Origin: Flavobacteriales bacterium
Lineage (GTDB): Bacteria > Bacteroidota > Bacteroidia > Flavobacteriales > UBA7430
Reading direction: 5' to 3'
NCBI GenBank assembly: GCA_965662265.1
Contig: CBFIGX010000003.1
Coordinates: 8,608-72,607 of the forward strand
DNA: 64,000 nt
Every line of letters begins with the position of its first letter. Position 1 is the first letter of the stretch. Shown one piece after another: positions 57,965 to 64,000 of this stretch. The notes beneath the pieces are model-generated. The model did no database searches and was not told the origin of the DNA. It saw only the letters and a program-made list of their open reading frames with translations. Made by a program: the position numbers and the translations under genes.

Positions 57965-60643
57965 ATGAGTCTGGTTTATTATAAATTAAATTCAATAATT
58001 GTTCTTATATTTCTTAATGTTATCTCGTCTTATTCTCAAGCAGTTTGGAGTGAAAATTTTGAGGAATATACTATTGGATCTGGGTGTCTAGGTTCTGATA
58101 CTGGCGTTTATTATGGAGGTGACTATCCCCATTCAATTAGTAAGTGGAATCTTGTGATCGATAGCGCATCATTTTTTTCTGCGAACACACATTTAAAAAC
58201 AGTTCAAATTAATTCGTCTACATATTTAGAAAGTAGACGAGTAGGTGAAGAGGTTATATTTATAACCGAGGCAATACCTATTTCTGGCTATACAGATGTT
58301 TGGGTTGATCTTTTGGTCTCAGAAGTTGGAGCTCATGATGGTGGCGATTTTATAAAAGCATTTTACCAAATTGATACAGGAAGTGAACAGTTGTTCACTT
58401 ATAGTGGATCTTTATATGATGATTTTACGTCAAATAAAATGAGCACCTATGGATTAAATGGTGATTCTTTAAGAGTTATAGTTAAGATGTTGAACAACGC
58501 GAATGATGAAAAACTAAGAATCGATAGTGTTAATGTATATGGCGTAGAAGGTTCAGGATCTATTGTAATTTCTGAGTTGTATTATAAAGATGATAATTCT
58601 GGATTGAGCTTTATAGAGTTACGTAATGTATCCAATCAATCTATAAACTTGAGCCAACACATATATTACGTTTCAATAAAGAATGGTGTGACTTGGTTTA
58701 ATTATCAGTTACAGGGAAGTATTGCCTCTGGAGCAATTATGACTATTAGTAAAGATTCAACAACATTTATAAATGAGTATGGTTTCCCACCAGATTTGGT
58801 TTTTGATTCATTATTTAACCATGGTTTAGATTCTGTTTTATTGTATTCAGGACACACAAATGAATCAGGCGAAATTATTGATATATATGGTCAAGCTAAT
58901 CAAACTGATTTCATCCAAAATTGGAATTACTCAAACATTAGAGCAGTCCGTGATGAGTCGATAACTCGTGGGAGTAGAGCATATGATAGTCTTCAGTGGA
59001 TTATTCAGATAGGGGATGTTGCCGATGCCAGCCCTGGCTCAAAAGAAAATGAATTTCGATATAGTTTAGGTTACTGGAGGCCATATAATATACCTCCATC
59101 AGAGCAAAGTTTTCAAAATTCTGTATGCATCGATCAAGGCGAATTATGGGTTAATTATAATATTGCATGTAAAGAATTACAAATACTTAATAACGGATCT
59201 CTATTCTTAAGCCCAGGTAGTGCTATCACTGTTATAGATAGTGTGGTTTGTGATGGGAATTTGTCCTTGTTGTCAGACTCACTTTTATCTTCTTTTATTG
59301 TCGGGGATACAATAATAGGGAACTTATCTTATACCTTTAATTTGTCTGATAGTTGGCATTTAATTTCAGCACCTGTAATTAATCAAAGTATTTCGGAGTT
59401 CATTCTATCATCAACAAATTCTATTGCTTTATCATCTTCAACAAATAATTACGCAGTTTCTTCGTATAATTCTACTAATCAGTATTGGCAGTATATCCAC
59501 AATGGTTTAGGCTTTACGCCTAATATATCTATTGCTGATTCTGAAAATTTTGAAAGTGGTAATGGCTATGCTATGATGCGCTCTTCGGTTGGTCCAGTGT
59601 CATTTTATGGAGAAAATAATAATAGTGACATAACTCAAGATTTAGTTGCTTCCGAATGGAATTTACTTGGAAATCCGTATCCTAGCTATGTAAGTATAAA
59701 TTCTAACACCCACACAGAAGAAAATATTCTAGATGAAAGCGGGTTGGCTATTGATAATTTGTATGAAGGCATTTATATATGGGATTCTGAGTCTAATACA
59801 TATAAAATTATCAATCAATTAAGCCCTCCGAGCTATTTAAGTCCTGGACAGAGCTTTTTTGTTAAAGCCAGTGCGGAGAATTTAAATTTTTCGATTACTA
59901 GAAATATGCAGTCACATAATTCAGGTAACTCGTCGCAAAAGCAATATAGTGAATATGCCAGTATCTTTGTGGAAGCACAAACAACTCATCATCAAAGTTC
60001 AACATCAATACAATTTAATCCTTTGGGTTCTGATGGCTTAGACATAGGCTATGATGCTGCGATCTGTCCGGTTGGTGGTTCGGATTTTTTTATAGGCACG
60101 CATTTAGTTGATGGTTCTTTTGATAGTATTGATTTCTCCATACAATGTTTAGGAGACTTAAAAGAAGCAAAGAATTTAAGTATACCATTGAATATTTGGT
60201 CTAGTAGTTTACAGTTGGTAGAATTTACTATTAGGTATGACTATGTTTCATCGGATAGAACTCTTTTTTTTGTTGATGATTTAATGGGCACAAAAGCTCA
60301 GTTAACACCTGAAAGACAAGTTTTTTGTTTGTGGGTAGACAGTAGTGCCTATAATACAGATCGGTTTTATATTGAAATAGACTCAGCAAAAGTTCCAATA
60401 TATGATAGTGATCTGCCCCCAATATCACTACATTATAATCGCTATAAAAATTCTTTACAGATTCATAATCCAAAAGGTCAAGACTACATTATTTACGTAT
60501 ATGTTATGTTAGGTCGTTTAATTAATGTAAATCAAATTAAAAACAATCATAATGAAGTAATACTTCCTGAACTAGATGGAGCGATACATGTTGTTAGCCT
60601 TGTTGATAAGGCAGGTTTATTGACTTATAAAATTATTAAATAA
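57965..60643 (+). CDS. Large secreted protein with a lamin-tail-domain (LTD)-like segment and a possible T9SS C-terminal domain
   Basis: Signal peptide MSLVYYKLNSIIVLIFLNVISSYSQA. The LTD-like opening IVISELYYKDDNSGLSFIELRNVSNQSINLS resembles INE...EFIELyN...dLsg. The C-terminal roughly 80 aa are beta-rich and CTD-like but lack the PNP motif. Confidence 0.7.
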   Translation: MSLVYYKLNSIIVLIFLNVISSYSQAVWSENFEEYTIGSGCLGSDTGVYYGGDYPHSISKWNLVIDSASFFSANTHLKTVQINSSTYLESRRVGEEVIFITEAIPISGYTDVWVDLLVSEVGAHDGGDFIKAFYQIDTGSEQLFTYSGSLYDDFTSNKMSTYGLNGDSLRVIVKMLNNANDEKLRIDSVNVYGVEGSGSIVISELYYKDDNSGLSFIELRNVSNQSINLSQHIYYVSIKNGVTWFNYQLQGSIASGAIMTISKDSTTFINEYGFPPDLVFDSLFNHGLDSVLLYSGHTNESGEIIDIYGQANQTDFIQNWNYSNIRAVRDESITRGSRAYDSLQWIIQIGDVADASPGSKENEFRYSLGYWRPYNIPPSEQSFQNSVCIDQGELWVNYNIACKELQILNNGSLFLSPGSAITVIDSVVCDGNLSLLSDSLLSSFIVGDTIIGNLSYTFNLSDSWHLISAPVINQSISEFILSSTNSIALSSSTNNYAVSSYNSTNQYWQYIHNGLGFTPNISIADSENFESGNGYAMMRSSVGPVSFYGENNNSDITQDLVASEWNLLGNPYPSYVSINSNTHTEENILDESGLAIDNLYEGIYIWDSESNTYKIINQLSPPSYLSPGQSFFVKASAENLNFSITRNMQSHNSGNSSQKQYSEYASIFVEAQTTHHQSSTSIQFNPLGSDGLDIGYDAAICPVGGSDFFIGTHLVDGSFDSIDFSIQCLGDLKEAKNLSIPLNIWSSSLQLVEFTIRYDYVSSDRTLFFVDDLMGTKAQLTPERQVFCLWVDSSAYNTDRFYIEIDSAKVPIYDSDLPPISLHYNRYKNSLQIHNPKGQDYIIYVYVMLGRLINVNQIKNNHNEVILPELDGAIHVVSLVDKAGLLTYKIIK

Positions 60644-60654
60644 TAAATATTAAA

Positions 60655-61782
60655 GTGAGTTATCTATCTGTTCCCATTCAAAATAAATATTTGTTGTGGT
60701 TTCAATCATCTCATAAGTTCTTGTGTGTTAATAAACAAACATATCAGTTGTTCATCGAATGTGTTGAAAGACAGGACTTATCATTTACAAGATCGTATTG
60801 TTTAGACACACTATTATTAACTAATAAACAAACAGATCATTTAATTGACATAATAGTCTTTTTATTTAGTGAAATGTTATGTGATAAGGATGCCGATGAC
60901 ATTGTCAAATACCAAGAAGTATCCTTGACAAAATCATTGGTAACCATGTGCTATAGATTTGGAGATGTAATCACAAATATTTGTTATTCAAACACAACAA
61001 TTTTTGATCAAATTCACCCTAAGTTTAGCCATTTATCAGTAGATAGAACAGATAAAAAAATATCAGATTTAATTCATTTGTCGTATGATAACAATCATTA
61101 TTCTATTTATTTTAATCATCGTTTTGTAGGCTATTGGCATAAAGTAAATTCTGACCAGTTTATGGGTAAGTTGTCCATGGTTTTGTTAAACTCATTTTAT
61201 AAAACTCAGACAAAGGATTGGGCAGCTACCTTTCATGCATCTTCGATTTACAAAAAAAAGGATGCTATCACTTTTATAGGAGATTCTGGCGCGGGTAAAA
61301 GCACAGCTGTTTCAATATTAGTAGCGAATGGATATCATTTACTTGCTGATGATTTCGTTCCTATGTCTTCAAAAGGTCAACTATGTTCTTTTCCAGCAGC
61401 ATTATCTATAAAAACATCTAATCGAATAAATTTTAATGCACTATTCCCTAATGCATCTTGGTCGCAAGATCGTGTTAAGCTTCATAAAGTTAAATACAAA
61501 TATTTATACCTTCAAAACTCTAGCCCTCCGAAGACTATAGAGAAGAAATGTAAAGTAATCATTCATATTAAGTATGAAGAAAAAATAAAAGGACGCTATA
61601 AAGTACTTCGCGCGGATGAGTTACTTGAATTATTAATTCCACAAGCATGGTTGTCAAGAGATCCAAGTAAAGTTAAAGTATTTATGAAGTCTATTTCTTT
61701 GTGCAAATGCTATAGATTAACATACTCCGATCCTGATGACTTAGTGTCGATTATTAGTCAAATAGAATCTGATGACCTATAA
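60655..61782 (+). CDS. HPr kinase/phosphorylase C-terminal-domain-like P-loop kinase with a possible PqqD/RRE-like N-terminus
   Basis: FHASSIYKKKDAITFIGDSGAGKSTAVSILVANGYHLLADDFV parallels the HprK catalytic core (GxSGxGKS...G-H-x-L-v-ADD). GTG start 11 nt after the upstream stop. Confidence 0.7.
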   Translation: MSYLSVPIQNKYLLWFQSSHKFLCVNKQTYQLFIECVERQDLSFTRSYCLDTLLLTNKQTDHLIDIIVFLFSEMLCDKDADDIVKYQEVSLTKSLVTMCYRFGDVITNICYSNTTIFDQIHPKFSHLSVDRTDKKISDLIHLSYDNNHYSIYFNHRFVGYWHKVNSDQFMGKLSMVLLNSFYKTQTKDWAATFHASSIYKKKDAITFIGDSGAGKSTAVSILVANGYHLLADDFVPMSSKGQLCSFPAALSIKTSNRINFNALFPNASWSQDRVKLHKVKYKYLYLQNSSPPKTIEKKCKVIIHIKYEEKIKGRYKVLRADELLELLIPQAWLSRDPSKVKVFMKSISLCKCYRLTYSDPDDLVSIISQIESDDL

Positions 61783-62887
61783 AGAGACTCGTCAACTTAT
61801 ATGTGATTGCCTAGCCTTATCAATAAATCCCAGATTATTGTTTCAGCTTAAGCATAAGCTAAAATCAAAGCAAATAAATTGGACTAGAGTAGTGTCTTTA
61901 GCCTCTAAGCACTATGTTTTAATAACACTATATCAAATCTTAAAGAAATTTGAATTACATCAATTCCTTCCTTCCGATTTAGTCGTTTACCTTGAAGATT
62001 TATCGTCATGGAATGCAACAAGAAATAAACATCTTTTGATTCAATTAAAAGAGATTAATTGTTTGTTAAATAAACATCATATCGTACCTATTTTTCTCAA
62101 AGGATCAGCACATATTATTAGTAATCTTTATCATACTTCTTGTGAACGAATGATTGGCGATATTGATTTTATTGTGCCTGAAATCGACGTAATAAAAACA
62201 GTTAATTTACTGTTATTAAATGGCTATATCTCTACCACAGATCCCAACATATATAATTTTCAACTAGCAAGACACTACCCTCGACTAATTAGCGCAGATA
62301 AGATTTTTGCAGTTGAAGTTCATAAATCAATCATTAAAAATATAAATACGAAGCATATTAATTATGATACAATTGTGAAGCAAAGCAAAGTAATAAATGC
62401 ATTTAGAATTCCTTCCATTGATCATCTATTACTGCACAATATGATCAATACTCAAATTAATGATGAAGCTTATTGTTACGGTGATATTAATTTGAGGCAG
62501 CAATATGATTTTTTATTGTTATCTGACTTACATGACTTAGCCTCAACAGTCAATGCTGGGTCTTTTGTGAGAAATGAGTTTCTTGCATATGTACATAAAA
62601 CAGAAGGCTTGTTTTCTAAGCAACTAATTACTAAGAGTGATCAGAATATTACTCTTAAATATATAGTTGCTACAAGGCAGTTATTTGGAAAGTACATGCC
62701 TAATTTGATAATGTTTTTGACTCAAACTCTCTATTTATCCATAACATCGTATCGATATGTAAGGAAGCTTTGTGAAATTATTATGTCTAAAAATAAAATT
62801 AATAAAAGCTATCTTAAACTTAGGCAAGTAGGTTATCTAAAAGCTGTTATTTCTCGTTTGTTTAATAGGTCGTATGTTGATATATAA
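61772..62887 (+). CDS. Nucleotidyltransferase family protein (uncharacterised NTP_transf_5/PF14907-like)
   Basis: IFLKGSAHIISNLYHTSCERMIGDIDFIVPEIDV matches the lKG...Y....R...DiDllV pattern of that family as I recall it. The ATG overlaps the kinase 3' end by 11 nt. Confidence 0.65.
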   Translation: MTYKETRQLICDCLALSINPRLLFQLKHKLKSKQINWTRVVSLASKHYVLITLYQILKKFELHQFLPSDLVVYLEDLSSWNATRNKHLLIQLKEINCLLNKHHIVPIFLKGSAHIISNLYHTSCERMIGDIDFIVPEIDVIKTVNLLLLNGYISTTDPNIYNFQLARHYPRLISADKIFAVEVHKSIIKNINTKHINYDTIVKQSKVINAFRIPSIDHLLLHNMINTQINDEAYCYGDINLRQQYDFLLLSDLHDLASTVNAGSFVRNEFLAYVHKTEGLFSKQLITKSDQNITLKYIVATRQLFGKYMPNLIMFLTQTLYLSITSYRYVRKLCEIIMSKNKINKSYLKLRQVGYLKAVISRLFNRSYVDI

Positions 62888-63827
62888 ACAAGCTTAGCCA
62901 GACCATTATTACAATATTTAGCCAATTTCTATTAGAATGGTAATATGCATAATTACTAATTATGGCTCCAAAAGGTGCGGCGAGTAGGATAAGTATTTCA
63001 TTAGTAAATACGCCACGAACCATTGTAAATAATAGACTGAACACAATCAGCCAAATAAAAAGAATATAAGATTTTCGGGATCTAATATTTTTTCGTTTAA
63101 AACTAATAATTAGTTCGAATAATGATAAAACAAAAATTAATGCCATAAATATGAGTACTATTCGTTCAGGCCATATCATGTCTACATAAGAAGCGGTGTT
63201 ATTGATAATGTAATAAAAATGATTTATGTACAGATGATCAAATTCGAAATACATACCAATAGTGATTATTATAAACCATGGGGATATTAATCCTAAAATA
63301 CTTAAGAGCCAATTTTTCATTTTCATATGCGAAAATATTGATAGGCTTATCCATACCATTGGATAAAAAATAATTATTGGCGGGTGAATTATGCTTGCTA
63401 TGCTGATATAAAAAGCGCTTTCAAAAATTGAGCTTTGTGCATTAATTTGCGAGTATGAGTTAAGTGTTTTTTTGACAAATACCAACATAAAAAACGATGC
63501 AATAAGTGTAGGTGAAAGGGCAATGGAAGCAGTATTTGAACTAATGATTAAAAAATAAAATAATGCTGGGAAATATGTGTTGTTGCTGAGGACTTTTTGT
63601 TCAATAACAATATTATTAAATAAGTTGCAGTTCCAAAATATAAACAATGCTGTTAATATTTTAATTACAATACCTGACCCTAAATTACCTATACTAAAAA
63701 TAGGATTTGTTCTAATAGTTTCCTCATTTATTATTGAGTTGTAAAGCCCTATCCACACGATTAAGGAAGCGATTAAAATACTTATAATAGAAAAAGCTTG
63801 AGTATGTCTAAACAATTTTAAGATCAT
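62862..63827 (-). CDS. Polytopic integral membrane protein, hypothetical
   Basis: About 9-10 hydrophobic segments across 321 aa. Its 3' end overlaps the convergent nucleotidyltransferase gene by 26 nt. Confidence 0.6.
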   Translation of the reverse strand: MILKLFRHTQAFSIISILIASLIVWIGLYNSIINEETIRTNPIFSIGNLGSGIVIKILTALFIFWNCNLFNNIVIEQKVLSNNTYFPALFYFLIISSNTASIALSPTLIASFFMLVFVKKTLNSYSQINAQSSIFESAFYISIASIIHPPIIIFYPMVWISLSIFSHMKMKNWLLSILGLISPWFIIITIGMYFEFDHLYINHFYYIINNTASYVDMIWPERIVLIFMALIFVLSLFELIISFKRKNIRSRKSYILFIWLIVFSLLFTMVRGVFTNEILILLAAPFGAIISNYAYYHSNRNWLNIVIMVWLSLFIYQHTTY

Positions 63828-63841
63828 CTCGTAAAAATATG

Positions 63842-63849
63842 TATTTTTG
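63842..63849 (+). promoter_or_regulatory. -7 promoter box TATTTTTG
   Basis: TAnnTTTG match 31 nt upstream of the ATG at 63880. Confidence 0.4.
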
Positions 63850-63879
63850 TGTTCCTTAAAGAAAACAATACTTAAAGTT

Positions 63880-64000
63880 ATGAATGATTTACTTTGTGCT
63901 GTAGGAGAAATTTTCCAAGCCTCATTCCAAGTCCTAGAACTTGCAGGCCAAATGCCAAATATTATACTTTCATTAGCAGGGACAGGGGCTTTAGCATTTT
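63880..64000 (+). CDS. Hypothetical protein, 3' end outside the window
   Basis: An ATG at 63880 opens a frame that runs to the window edge (MNDLLCAVGEIFQASFQVLELAGQMPNIILSLAGTGALAF), preceded by a promoter-like box. Confidence 0.4.
   Translation, partial: MNDLLCAVGEIFQASFQVLELAGQMPNIILSLAGTGALAF

Noticed and set aside
1-64000. Window-wide look for CRISPR arrays, tRNA/rRNA genes, IS elements, integrases and long repeats
   Set aside because: I saw no regularly spaced repeat arrays, no tRNA-like GGTTCGAATCC/T-loop signatures in intergenic regions, no transposase or integrase-like ORFs, and no long duplicated segments. A by-eye scan cannot exclude short or degenerate elements.

Overview
This is an AT-rich, densely coding chromosomal segment of about 60 genes that looks like Bacteroidota, class Flavobacteriia. 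Three things support that: several proteins end in T9SS (Por) C-terminal sorting domains, GldH-like and GldA-like genes are present, and TAnnTTTG -7 promoter boxes recur. The gene order nadK / DUF6089-like / uppS / bamA / ompH / ompH / murI is also typical of flavobacteria. Most of the window is core housekeeping: rnr, pheS, pgk, holB, a PSP1/RicT-like gene, PBP1A, scoAB, xth, murI, bamA, uppS, nadK, pdxJ, trpS, gatC, tadA, hemW, metK, rsgA, dtd, bioB, uppP and ftsX. I saw no rRNA, tRNA, CRISPR array, transposase or integrase. The least ordinary part is the right end, about 57.7-62.9 kb. It holds an apparent three-gene + strand operon. The first gene encodes an 892-aa secreted protein with a lamin-tail-domain (LTD)-like segment. 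The second encodes a protein with an HPr-kinase-like P-loop domain and a possible PqqD/RRE-like N-terminus. The third, translationally coupled to the second, encodes a nucleotidyltransferase of the 'uncharacterised nucleotidyltransferase' type. That kinase/nucleotidyltransferase pairing is known as an accessory module of lasso-peptide/RiPP-type clusters. Here I found no cyclase, protease, exporter or obvious precursor, so I flag it as the best candidate for an uncharacterised modification system. Other items worth a look: a roughly 116-nt metK leader with a pseudoknot-type pairing scheme; a promoter-plus-terminator unit with no ORF between gldA and rsgA (sRNA candidate) beside 20-bp-phased direct repeats; a strong terminator hairpin abutting the murI start codon; a KAS / bioB / outer-membrane-protein (OMP) gene string; two paralogous M43 T9SS proteases; and an apparently exported MsrB. 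All homology calls come from motifs recognised by eye in the supplied translations. No database search or computation was run.
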